Assembly: GCA_050015395.1 (NCBI GenBank)
Contig: JBEKBM010000017.1
Span: 1-64,000, forward strand
Length of the DNA stretch: 64,000 bases
Reading direction: 5' to 3'
Source: Candidatus Bathyarchaeia archaeon
GTDB taxonomy: Archaea; Thermoproteota; Bathyarchaeia; Bathyarchaeales; Bathycorpusculaceae
Of the stretch, positions 39,642 through 48,996 are shown piece by piece. The position numbers were made by a program, and so were the translations under genes. Numbering within the stretch: position 1 is the stretch's first letter; each line of letters starts with the position of its first letter. The notes beneath the pieces were generated by a model. The model was not told the DNA's origin. It ran no database searches and was given only the letters and a program-made list of their open reading frames with translations.

Positions 39642-40469
39642 CTAGTTTGTTTTCACTGCAGATACTTTTACGCTTACCACCGAGTTTGCCGCTTCTTTTA
39701 CTTCTTCGAGCGACATATCTAAACTTTTGACGATTTCTTGGGTTGCGGATTCGCTAATGATGTATTCGAGCGGATACGTCTTTTCTTCAATTATTCTTAC
39801 TTCTTGGAAGCCAGCTTTTCGTATCAGTTCAATATATTTGTCTTTTATTTCTGCTCCTGAGATGCATCCTGCGTAAGCTTCAACGTTTTTGCGTATGGAT
39901 TCAGGCAGCTCCCTCAAGAGAACAATGTCCGAAACCATCAATCGCCCCTTAGGGGATAGAACTCTGAAGGCTTCTTCAAAAACTCGCTTCTTGTTTGGCG
40001 AGAGATTGATTACGCAGTTTGAGATTATGACATCGACCGAGTTATCTGCGGCCGGCAGGTTCTCGATTTCTCCAAGTCTGAACTCGACGTTTGTGTATTT
40101 TCCTTTTCTCGCGTTCGCTCTTGCCTTATCGATCATTTCAGGAGTCATGTCTACTCCTATTACTTTGCCTTTCTTGCCCACTTTGTTGGCGGCCAAGAAA
40201 CAGTCAAATCCTGCCCCTGAACCTATGTCAAGAACCGTCTCGCCTTCTTTTAGCGACGCCATAGCAGTTGGATTGCCACAGCCAAGACCCAGATTTGCCC
40301 CCTCAGGAACGGCAGTCATCTCATCTTCACTGTAGCCTATCATGCTGCTTACTTCCTTGCTGGTTGGACCTGAGCAACAGCTAATAGGCGATGCGCAGCA
40401 AGAGCCGCTGGTTTTGGCGACTTTGGCGTATCGGTTTCTAACGAGTTTTTTAATTTTTTCTTCTTTCAT
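39642..40469 (-). CDS. arsM: Arsenite S-adenosylmethyltransferase
   Basis: N-terminal CC pairs, LGCGNP, SNCVINL, GCISGA. Confidence 0.93.
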   Translation of the reverse strand: MKEEKIKKLVRNRYAKVAKTSGSCCASPISCCSGPTSKEVSSMIGYSEDEMTAVPEGANLGLGCGNPTAMASLKEGETVLDIGSGAGFDCFLAANKVGKKGKVIGVDMTPEMIDKARANARKGKYTNVEFRLGEIENLPAADNSVDVIISNCVINLSPNKKRVFEEAFRVLSPKGRLMVSDIVLLRELPESIRKNVEAYAGCISGAEIKDKYIELIRKAGFQEVRIIEEKTYPLEYIISESATQEIVKSLDMSLEEVKEAANSVVSVKVSAVKTN

Positions 40470-40617
40470 AAAATCAATCCTCCTTTTTTAATCGCATCTT
40501 TAAACTGCGCACGTAGGTTTTCCGCTTTAAGATCAGATGCGCAAGTGGAGCATCCACCGCAATCCTTTTGGGCAGTTTTCAGAACTTTTTATCTGTCTCC
40601 AAATCGTCCATCTCCTT

Positions 40618-40959
40618 CTAGCTGCATGTCATATACTCAAAAACCTCTTTCGTAAGAGCATCCACAAGTTCTGACGTTAAGTCATCGGTAACATCGTAAA
40701 TTCTTTGGTCAACAATCGAGTACATTCGTTTGGTTCCATCCTTTCTGCACCTTACTAATCCGGCGTCTTTGAGGATTTTTAAGTGACGCGAAACTACCGG
40801 TTGAATGAGGTTTAAATGCGGAACAATTTCGCATACACACTTTTCGCCATCGCGCAAAAATGAAAGTATTTCCAGTCTGATTGGATCGGAGAGAGCATGG
40901 AAAACTATTGATTTGAAACGATTCTGATTTTCCTTCTGATTTTCCACTTTTGCGGACAT
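40618..40959 (-). CDS. arsR: ArsR/SmtB metalloregulator
   Basis: ALSDPIRL, EKCVCEI, SRHLKIL. Confidence 0.9.
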   Translation of the reverse strand: MSAKVENQKENQNRFKSIVFHALSDPIRLEILSFLRDGEKCVCEIVPHLNLIQPVVSRHLKILKDAGLVRCRKDGTKRMYSIVDQRIYDVTDDLTSELVDALTKEVFEYMTCS

Positions 40960-41042
40960 GACTTACTTTAGAGTCAATAACAATATTTAAAAGTTGCTAT
41001 GGATGTGAGTTTATATAACAAGCATGTAAGGCGGCAAAAAAG

Positions 41043-41384
41043 ATGTCTGAAGAAACTTGGCACGGAATTCCCCGAAGCAAAATACCCTGGTACCCAACGA
41101 TTGATTATGAAAAATGTGCTAGCTGTGGAAAATGCGGTGAATATTGCAAGCTTGGTACCTACGCATTTGAAGAAAAAGAAGGAAAAAAGATACCTATAGT
41201 CAAAAATCCTTACAATTGTGTTGTTTTATGCAATGGATGCGATGTGATATGCCCCGCTGGCGCGATAACACATCCATCGAAAAAAGAGACAAGAGAGCTA
41301 ATTCGAGAAATGAGAAGATCCCAAACGAGCAGTAAACAGTATGAAAAAGGTCAAGCTCATGAACGAGGGCCATATAAGGATTAA
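41043..41384 (+). CDS. 4Fe-4S ferredoxin family protein
   Basis: WHGIPR..WYPTID, CASCGKC..C, CVVLCNGC..CP. Confidence 0.85.
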   Translation: MSEETWHGIPRSKIPWYPTIDYEKCASCGKCGEYCKLGTYAFEEKEGKKIPIVKNPYNCVVLCNGCDVICPAGAITHPSKKETRELIREMRRSQTSSKQYEKGQAHERGPYKD

Positions 41385-41688
41385 AAGCTGGGAAGAATTC
41401 AAACGCTTAGTCAGCGAAAAGAAACCAGGCTCAATAGTGTACATTCTTGAGCAAAACGGTTTTTCCCCCAATAAGGAACTAACAACGCTAAGAATTATAA
41501 TGCTTCATGACAGGCGCTACTATATCTTTCTTGACTTTCCCAAAGGCGAAAGGCTGAGAGAAACAGGAATTCCCTTGCACAAAGATAAAAAGGGCATTTT
41601 TAATTTGGATGAAGACGAAGTTAAGGTCATTTTGAAGAAGCAGTTTGAGAAAGAGAAGTTAGAAGTTTTTTCTTTCTGGACTGCTTGA
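41359..41688 (+). CDS. Hypothetical protein in the ars operon
   Basis: ORF between ferredoxin and arsC; start uncertain (41341 or 41359). Confidence 0.7.
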   Translation: MNEGHIRIKSWEEFKRLVSEKKPGSIVYILEQNGFSPNKELTTLRIIMLHDRRYYIFLDFPKGERLRETGIPLHKDKKGIFNLDEDEVKVILKKQFEKEKLEVFSFWTA

Positions 41689-41759
41689 AAAGGTGAAACA
41701 ACTATTGCTATAGAGAATATATCGATGATGTTTTTATATTTCAAAAAGAATCTTTTGGG

Positions 41760-42254
41760 ATGAGTCTAATGGCTAAAACCAAAATCTTGTTTTTGTGTAC
41801 TCATAATTCAGCTCGATCTCAGATGGCTGAAGGGTTGCTTAGACACTTTTATGGTAATGAGTATGAGGTTTTTAGTGCTGGAACGAATCCTACGCAGGTG
41901 AATCCATTGGCCATTAAGGTTATGGATGAGATAGGGATAGATATTTCTAGGCAATATTCTAAGAGCCTCGAAAATTTCAAAGAAGCCGATATCGACTTGG
42001 TTGTATCAGTTTGCCACAGCAGTTCAAAGATAAATTGTGCAATTTGCTCTTCACCGATAGTTATGGGCAGACCTGAGTTGATTAGCTCAAGATTGCCTGG
42101 AGCAAAACATTATTTCCAGCACCCTTTTGATGACCCTTCCGAAGTAGAGGGAAGCGAAGAAGAAAAGATTGTGGCCTTCCGTCATACAAGGGATGAAATT
42201 AAAGAGTGGATTATCGAGCGGTTTGCTGATTTGAAAATTGATAATGAACAATAG
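41760..42254 (+). CDS. arsC: Arsenate reductase (LMW-PTP/thioredoxin type)
   Basis: CTHNSARSQMAEG, DDP. Confidence 0.9.
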   Translation: MSLMAKTKILFLCTHNSARSQMAEGLLRHFYGNEYEVFSAGTNPTQVNPLAIKVMDEIGIDISRQYSKSLENFKEADIDLVVSVCHSSSKINCAICSSPIVMGRPELISSRLPGAKHYFQHPFDDPSEVEGSEEEKIVAFRHTRDEIKEWIIERFADLKIDNEQ

Positions 42255-42372
42255 TGATTTTTATTAACTCAACGCCGTTTGAGGTTCAGCTAAGCATTCC
42301 TTTTACTGGTTCTGGTAACTTGGCGTGGAATTTGTTCTCCATGTTAATTTTCGTGGGATAGGTTGCTACAAC

Positions 42373-42676
42373 GGTTCTGTTAACCTGGCGTGAGATTTCG
42401 GCTTAGATAGGGTATTTGTGTGTGTGCACAAGCTACCTCCTCGGTCTACTAGATGATCCTAATAGACGCCAAATATGATTCAACATAGTTCAACATAGAA
42501 TTAAGTTGCGCACTTTTCATGCAGAATTGGTGAAATTACATGTAGAATTGCGTGTAAATTTGTTAACTTAACATCCTTGCTTACAAAATTGAAGTAAGCG
42601 TTGATTGACGATTTCTCACAGCTTAGGGCTCGAAGCCGTCGCCTCACATCATCCCGACACTTAAATGGGTCTTGGA
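42373..42676 (+). repeat. 304-bp non-coding repeat, copy 1
   Basis: Direct repeat of 46743-47046, roughly 92% identical by manual count. Confidence 0.92.
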
Positions 42677-42894
42677 GCGCTTGAAATATATTTAGAAAAA
42701 ATGTTATAAACTCAGTTGACATCACCACTTGGGGCGTGGTTCAAATCACAGCGACCCCGCATCGGTCGAAAAAAGGGAAGATTTCGGTAGAAATTACAGT
42801 CCGGAAACGATAACTCCCAGGCTACTACTGCATAAGCTCTTGTATACCGTTTGGTTTTTTTTGGGGTTCTTTGACTATTGCTTGCTTCAGCGCT

Positions 42895-44151
42895 TCATCG
42901 GTTTTTCTTAACCATCCGCCTTTTTGCTACTATAACCAAGACCAAAGACACAACAAGGATCACAGAGACAGCTAACACGATCACAGCAGGCGAAGGCGCA
43001 GTAGTTATAGCAGATGGGATGCCGAAAGCGTACACACTATGATCCCAAGATCCTACGTAGACATAGCCACCAGCTATAGCAGGAGAAGAACTTACAGCCG
43101 CTCCAGTTGTGTAGTTCCATATTTTTACACCTGTGGTTGCGTCAAAGCAGTATACATTGTGGTCCCACGATCCTATGTAGACATAGCCGCCTGCAACTGC
43201 AGGAGAAGACTCCACGGTACCTCCAGTTGTATAGTTCCATATTTTTGCGCCAGTTGAAGCATCAAGACAATAAACACTATTATTGCCTTCAGATCCTATG
43301 TAGATGTAACCATTAGCAACTGCAGGAGAAGACTCTCCTATCCCTCCGGTTGTGTAATTCCATACTTTTGTGCCAGTTGAAGCGTTAAGACAATAAACGT
43401 TACCATCTTCGGATCCTACATAGATGTAACCATTAGCAACTGCAGGAGAAGACTCCACGATACCTCCAGTTGTATAGCTCCAAACTTTTGCGCCAGTTGA
43501 AGCATCAAGACAATAAACATTGTTGTATGTTGACCCTACATAGATATAGCCATCAGCAACTGCGGGAGAAGACTCGACAAGACCCCCAGTTGTATAGCTC
43601 CAAACTTTTGCCCCGGTTAAAGCATCAAGACAATAAACATTGCCATCCCAAGACCCCACGTAGACATAGCCACCGGCAACTGCGGGAGAAGACTCCACAG
43701 TATTTCTGGTTGTGAAATTCCATACTTTAGCGCCGGTGGAAGCGTTAAGGCAATAAATATTGTGGTCATAAGAACCTACGTAAACGTATCCACCGTCAAC
43801 TGCGGGAGAAGAGCCTATGGGTCCCTGGGTTGTGTAGTTCCATACTTTTGTGCCGCTTGAAGCATCAAGACAATAAATGTTGCCATCGTCGGAGGTTATG
43901 TAGACATAGCCATTGGCAACTGCGGGAGAAGCCCAGATAACACTTTTCGTCGTGTAATTCCAAATGGGAGTGGCAGAAGCTGCTTGAGCAGTGCTGGTTG
44001 AGTAGCCTGTATGAGTTAGATCATGATGAAACATTGGCCAGTCATCTGGGGAAGAACTGGCGAAGATCAAGTTCGGTGGCATAGCGCAAAACGAAAATAA
44101 GATTAGAAATAGGGGAATGAGAAAGACAAGCATTCGCTCAGGTTTTTTCAT
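42895..44151 (-). CDS. PQQ-like (BamB-type) 8-blade beta-propeller surface protein
   Basis: Signal peptide, DWPMF, eight SSPAV..YVGS.D..VYCL.A.TG..W repeats, C-terminal TM. Confidence 0.92.
   Translation of the reverse strand: MKKPERMLVFLIPLFLILFSFCAMPPNLIFASSSPDDWPMFHHDLTHTGYSTSTAQAASATPIWNYTTKSVIWASPAVANGYVYITSDDGNIYCLDASSGTKVWNYTTQGPIGSSPAVDGGYVYVGSYDHNIYCLNASTGAKVWNFTTRNTVESSPAVAGGYVYVGSWDGNVYCLDALTGAKVWSYTTGGLVESSPAVADGYIYVGSTYNNVYCLDASTGAKVWSYTTGGIVESSPAVANGYIYVGSEDGNVYCLNASTGTKVWNYTTGGIGESSPAVANGYIYIGSEGNNSVYCLDASTGAKIWNYTTGGTVESSPAVAGGYVYIGSWDHNVYCFDATTGVKIWNYTTGAAVSSSPAIAGGYVYVGSWDHSVYAFGIPSAITTAPSPAVIVLAVSVILVVSLVLVIVAKRRMVKKNR
43030..43965 (-). repeat. Intragenic ~120-bp tandem repeat x8
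   Basis: TGCRGGAGAAG recurs at 43198, 43321, 43441, 43561, 43681, 43801 and 43921, with a variant near 43078. Confidence 0.85.
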
Positions 44152-44518
44152 TGCGAGGTCACCCTAACAGTATTGAACTGTATTTGTATATTTAAGTTCT
44201 TAGAGGTGCGCGGGGTTGTCGCCTAATTCTAATTTAAGTATCTTTCAAAGTTAGATCTCCTCTGGAAAGAGAGTTGGGTAAAGTCCCAGCGGCCCACAAT
44301 AGGCGTATTTTCATAAATAAAGGCTGCCGTAGTGAGTATTCTGAAAATAGCATGTCTAGGACGCCTAGGCTTTTGGGTAGCCATAACATGTGCAAAACAT
44401 GACCTCTGAAAATTGTCGAACTCTCGGGTAAACCATCAAAAAGCGAGAAAAACGTTGCCATTTCAATTGCAATTAAGCTATTTCAATCGCAAATTGGTAG
44501 TACTTGAAAAATGTTTGA

Positions 44519-44549
44519 ACGAGAGTTTGAAGAACCTATCCCGGGCTAC
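44519..44549 (+). repeat. Degenerate copy of the tRNA-Gln 3' end (attR-like scar)
   Basis: ACGAGAGTTTGAAGAACCTATCCCGGGCTAC versus tRNA ACGAGAGTTCGAATCTCTCCCGGGCTAC (39309-39336). Confidence 0.7.
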
Positions 44550-44854
44550 TTTGGATTTTTCGTTCCTTCTTATGAGAAAATCGTTAAGTTAAGTTCTTTA
44601 GCGTGCATAGGCGGTTAGGCAGAACTTTCATTTATATAATCTGTCTATACAGGTAGCGAGCAATTTTTGGTTAAGGACTGCATTTTTTAGTGCGGTTGCT
44701 TCTTCTTTTTGGTTTATGCGTCTTTTGGCTTTTTTAGGATGGATAATAAGAAAGGGGCATGTGTAAGCTGGGAACAAATGCAATGTTGTTCTTTCAGTTT
44801 GTATCATCGGAAGGAATGATTTTCTAAGTTTAGCAATTTTCTGTTAACTGGGGT

Positions 44855-45283
44855 TTATGGGCAACATTTGCCTTTTGGGATAGCGTGTCCATGGGGGCAT
44901 TTTCTTGGATGGTTAAGTTGTGTGCATAAGGCATCCATGAATGCTTCATCCATGTGGTGTTCCATGCCGCAAACGCTTTCTTCTTGGATGTCTGTCTTGA
45001 GCGTTTCTTTCATCAATACTTCAGTCAGTCTGTGGGCGCGGATAATTCTTTTGGCTATTTTTCTTCCCTTCTTAGTAAGTTCGATGCCCTGTCTTGCCCT
45101 GTAAATTACGTAGCCTTCTTTTTCTAATTTCTTAAGCATTTCTAAGGCGCTTGGCGCTGCTATTCCTAGGTGATCTGCCACCCACGTGAGGTGCGCTAAT
45201 TTTTCGCCTCTTTCTTCCGATATCCAAAGTGCTTCTAGGTATTCTTCAACGCTTTCGGAGGTTGGCATGAGTTGTGTTCTCAT
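44855..45283 (-). CDS. DtxR/MntR metal-dependent regulator
   Basis: EEYLEAL, HRLTE, MEHH, CPHGHAIP. Confidence 0.92.
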   Translation of the reverse strand: MRTQLMPTSESVEEYLEALWISEERGEKLAHLTWVADHLGIAAPSALEMLKKLEKEGYVIYRARQGIELTKKGRKIAKRIIRAHRLTEVLMKETLKTDIQEESVCGMEHHMDEAFMDALCTQLNHPRKCPHGHAIPKGKCCP

Positions 45284-45349
45284 TAGTTAATTGTTGATTT
45301 TGGATATAAGTTTTGAAGTCTGAGCGTTTGTTGTGTATGGGGGAAATGA

Positions 45350-45404
45350 TTTAGGTGTGCCTAAAAGTTAATATAGCATGTGTGTTACTTAGGTTGACCT
45401 AAGT
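45350..45404. promoter_or_regulatory. Two DtxR-type operators flanking a TATA box
   Basis: TTTAGGTGTGCCTAAA (45350-45365) and ACTTAGGTTGACCTAAGT (45387-45404) around TTAATATA. Confidence 0.8.
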
Positions 45405-45442
45405 GTGCGCGATTTGACCTGCGACTTTAAAGAGGCGTCAAC

Positions 45443-46627
45443 ATGAATTTCAAAGTAGGCGACTGGCTTAGAAACTTCGGTCCAGCCTGGATCGTAATGA
45501 TAGCAGACATAGACATAGCCTCAATTATCACCGCACTACAATCCGGCGCAAGCTACGGCTACAGAATGGCATTCATTCTTCTTTTATTGATCTTTCCCCT
45601 CTTCATTATCCAAGATGCGGCGGGTAGACTAGGAACGTGCGCAGGGCTTGGACTAGGAGAGGCAACCAGAAAACAATTCGGAAGCCGCAAGGCAATACTT
45701 GCAGCTGTCCCCATGGGCATAAGCGATTTCCTCGAGTACCTAGCCGAATACGCGGGCATGGCCATTGGCCTTTACTTACTTGGCTTTCCTATCATTCTTG
45801 GACTTATACTAATTTTCTTGATCCATACAGCTGTAGTGGTTGGCAAGCAGTACCGTAAAGCAGAGATGGTGCTCATACCCTTAAGCTTCATGTTAGTTGC
45901 AGCTATAGTAGCATCTGCCTTCATATTTCCCGTCAATCTAAAAGAATTCATTTCGGTAGGACTCTCCCCATTTCAGCCATACACTAAACCATCCTTTGAC
46001 TTCCTTCTCGCAGCCAGCGTAGGCGCAGTAATCATGCCATGGATGCTCTACTATCATTCTGGCGCCGATGCCCGCAGAAAGAAACAGCCAAAGGACCTTA
46101 AGAACGAACGCATCGAAACGCTCCTCGGAGCTATAGTATCAGAAGTTCTAATGGTCATACTGATTTTTCCAGGAATACGTCTTTCCAACGGAGGCAGCGT
46201 GATCAGTGCGTTAGCCCTGTCAAAAGTGCTGTCATTCTTTGGACCGTATGCAATGCCCATTATGGGAGCGTTGTTTCTCTTCGCGGGCTTTCTTGCACTT
46301 ATCGTTATATCCCTTGGCTCAGCTTGGGGGGTCCTCGAAGCAACAGGCAAAACATCACAAACCTCTTTCGTGACAGTGTACATGCTGGAAAGTCTTCCAG
46401 CTATAATCCTTGTAGCCACAATAACAGGTTACATCCAACTCATGCTAAGTCTAATGGTTATCTATCCGATAGTGATCATACCGTCTTTGTACTTTCTGGG
46501 GAAACTTGTCTCGGATAAAAAAGTGATGAACGGATACCACTACAACAAATATGAAATAGCAGCCTTCGTTATAGCATCAATCATGATTGTAGCGGGCGGA
46601 ATCCTCGGCTTGTCCTCTCTGCTCTGA
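45443..46627 (+). CDS. NRAMP-family divalent metal transporter
   Basis: FGPAW..AD.D, GA.YGY, GAVIMPW, about 11 TM. Confidence 0.9.
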   Translation: MNFKVGDWLRNFGPAWIVMIADIDIASIITALQSGASYGYRMAFILLLLIFPLFIIQDAAGRLGTCAGLGLGEATRKQFGSRKAILAAVPMGISDFLEYLAEYAGMAIGLYLLGFPIILGLILIFLIHTAVVVGKQYRKAEMVLIPLSFMLVAAIVASAFIFPVNLKEFISVGLSPFQPYTKPSFDFLLAASVGAVIMPWMLYYHSGADARRKKQPKDLKNERIETLLGAIVSEVLMVILIFPGIRLSNGGSVISALALSKVLSFFGPYAMPIMGALFLFAGFLALIVISLGSAWGVLEATGKTSQTSFVTVYMLESLPAIILVATITGYIQLMLSLMVIYPIVIIPSLYFLGKLVSDKKVMNGYHYNKYEIAAFVIASIMIVAGGILGLSSLL

Positions 46628-46742
46628 AAACTCGCCTTTGCTAACGAGACGAACAGTTTTGAGGCTGGGCGCCAGTAAGAGCTCCTTGCTCCCAGCAAAA
46701 GTTTCTTTTGCGAACTTGCAGAAACCTCGCTTGGCAAAGAAG

Positions 46743-47046
46743 GGTTCTGTTAACTTGGTGTGAGATTTCGGCTTAGATAGGGTATTTGTGTGTGTGCAAC
46801 AGCCTACCCCCTAGTCTACTAGATGATCCTAATAGGCTCCAAATATGATTCAACATAGTTCAACATAGAATTAAGTTGCGCACTTTGCATGTAGAATTGG
46901 TGAAATTACATGTAGAATTGTATGCAAATTTGTTAGCTTAACATCTTTGCCTATAAAATTGAAGTCAGCGTTGATTGACGATTTCTCACAGCTTAGGGCT
47001 CGAAGCCGTCGCCTCACATCATCCAGACACCTAAATGGGTCTTGGA
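46743..47046 (+). repeat. 304-bp non-coding repeat, copy 2
   Basis: Direct repeat of 42373-42676. Confidence 0.92.
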
Positions 47047-47329
47047 AGACTTATTTATTTTGATATTCAAAAATCAAAATGGTACTAAACCACTAAAAAG
47101 CATTATGAAATTTGACGGCTTTCCAAGAGAAAAGACAAACTTATCCTTCAAGCTAACAAATGGTGTAGGCTGGTTAACCACTCATCGCCTCATCATCCAA
47201 AAGGAGACACTTAACCCGCGCTTTAACATCATGGAGAGGCAAGACCCTGAAATGTACCTTTTACGCGATTTTGATAAAGCCGAAATAAGTCTTCTTACGC
47301 TTCCTGCAACTTCAATCCTGTCGCATTGA
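47042..47329 (+). CDS. Hypothetical protein or fragment (PH/GRAM-like G.LT..RLI motif)
   Basis: GVGWLTTHRLII; abuts the repeat end, may be truncated. Confidence 0.35.
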   Translation: MEDLFILIFKNQNGTKPLKSIMKFDGFPREKTNLSFKLTNGVGWLTTHRLIIQKETLNPRFNIMERQDPEMYLLRDFDKAEISLLTLPATSILSH

Positions 47330-47364
47330 GCTTCGACAAAAAAGAGAGAAGGGAAGCTAACTGA

Positions 47365-47586
47365 TTATTTTCCCATGACTTTTCTAGCGGCGATCTCTAT
47401 ATCTTCCGCTTTGATGGTTTTTCTTCCAGCATGCATCGCAAAATCCAGTGCTTCTTTAGCAATTTTAACGCCGATTTCTTCAAGTGCCTTTGCAAGTTCC
47501 TTTGCTGCTGCTTCACTTACCCTGTCAGCGCCAGCTTTCTTACATAATCTGTGCATGGGAGCTACAGCTATTTCTAATTCAGTCAT
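47365..47586 (-). CDS. Archaeal histone (HMf family)
   Basis: [21 protein letters not shown]. Confidence 0.95.
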   Translation of the reverse strand: MTELEIAVAPMHRLCKKAGADRVSEAAAKELAKALEEIGVKIAKEALDFAMHAGRKTIKAEDIEIAARKVMGK

Positions 47587-47926
47587 AACGACTTCTCCGT
47601 AGTCTCTTTTTCTTTTTAAAACTGTATTTAACCTTTGTTATCGCTTTTTCCTCTAAATTACCGTCAGCATCAAACTTGCCATTATAAACAAGGGGGTTTC
47701 TAATCAGCTTTTTGAGGGTTTGCTTCACCTTCAAGAGATGTCAATACAGGGGGTAATTAGGGTTTTCTTGAATTTTTCTCGCTTGTAAATCTTCTTGAAG
47801 GAGTTTTTCCAGTTTTTGAGACGAAGCATCCGCTAAGACGCCTTGTCCTCTCTGTTGTCCGAATAGAAGCTACCTGATGAACGCCTGGCTTGCCAAGCTT
47901 TTGAAGGTGCCGTTCTGCACCCTGTC

Positions 47927-48175
47927 GTAGGCCGCTGCTACGCTATCCGCGACAGATGGTTCGAAAAGCCCAAAGGCCACATACTAATCACGCGCAAGTT
48001 TAAGCAAAGACTAGGCGACATAAGCGAAGCGGAGGTGCAGAAAGAAGGCTACAGTAACCTCGAAGAGTTTAAGCAAATATGGACGGAAATAACCAGATCG
48101 TGGAATCCTAAGCAGGTCGTAACCGCCTACGAATTCAAACGAGTGAAAAAAATAATAGCTAATGAAATCCTTTAG
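47927..48175 (+). pseudogene. ASCH-domain protein, 5'-truncated
   Basis: VGRCYAI..RLGDISEAEVQKEGY..EEF..W..WNP..V.AYEF with no in-frame start after the stop at 47864. Confidence 0.65.
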
Positions 48176-48349
48176 TTTGAACCTTACTGGTACTTTTTCG
48201 ATAATGGACAAGCAAACGAAAACCTGAAACTTTTAGACTATACTGACTTAATCCTTGCGATTTCGAGTAAAGATTCTCAAATACAGCGCGGGCTGTAACA
48301 AATTATAAATACAAATTACTGATATATGTAGAATCCCGAGGTTATATTA

Positions 48350-48406
48350 GTGACCAAGAAACCAGTTAAGAAAGAAGAAAAGAAAGCCCCAGCAAAGAAA
48401 AAGTAA
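48350..48406 (+). CDS. 18-aa Lys-rich micropeptide MTKKPVKKEEKKAPAKKK
   Basis: TTATAAAT box, GAGGT SD, GTG start, downstream T-tract. Confidence 0.5.
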   Translation: MTKKPVKKEEKKAPAKKK

Positions 48407-48855
48407 AACCTCGGTATAGGTACATTTACTTCTCTATTTTTCTCTTTTTTTCGCATAAAGAAGCGGGCTTACTCGCCAAGATTCTCATGGGAAATGGAGA
48501 GGCAAAAGAAACCCTAAAATTTTTGGAGATTATGCTGGCTTAGTCCTTGCGATTGTCATCGTCACACCACACCTTCAGGTTTACCCCAGAACAGGTAAAC
48601 CTTCGTCTGCAAGAGCATTCCAACAAGCTTGACTAGCTTTGCCATTTTCACATGGTCTGCATTCTCAATGCGCGCTGGTTTGTCCCTGAAATCCTTAATG
48701 TTTATTTTTGAGTTGGGGCCTCGTATTTTTTTTAAGCGCGCGCTTGCTTGCCTCGTGAAATTATTTTATGGTTGGGTTGTTACAGTCACATAGCTTTAAG
48801 AATTATACTTCGACTAGAAACTTGCTTTTTCTGTAATTGAATGGAGGTGTTGGTT

Positions 48856-48996
48856 TTGGAATCTGAAAAATCTAATATGCCTAAGCCGAAAAGGACGGGT
48901 GAAGGCAAATACAAATGCCCCAAGGACAATGAAGAGTACGATACAAAAGAGGACTATGAAGCGCATTGCATGGAAGAACATGCTGAAGGCATGTAA
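48856..48996 (+). CDS. Small C2H2-like zinc-finger protein
   Basis: GGAGGTG SD; YKCPKD-x12-HCMEEH. Confidence 0.65.
   Translation: MESEKSNMPKPKRTGEGKYKCPKDNEEYDTKEDYEAHCMEEHAEGM

Noticed and set aside
42373-42390. IS6-like terminal repeat GGTTCTGTT
   Set aside because: No matching inverted end or transposase was found, so no IS is called.
42501-42728. 75-aa ORF inside the repeat
   Set aside because: It starts outside the repeat, has no motifs, and its start is not shared by copy 2.
43030-43965. Regularly spaced repeats as a CRISPR array
   Set aside because: The 120-bp units are in-frame propeller blades with no unique spacers, and there are no cas genes.
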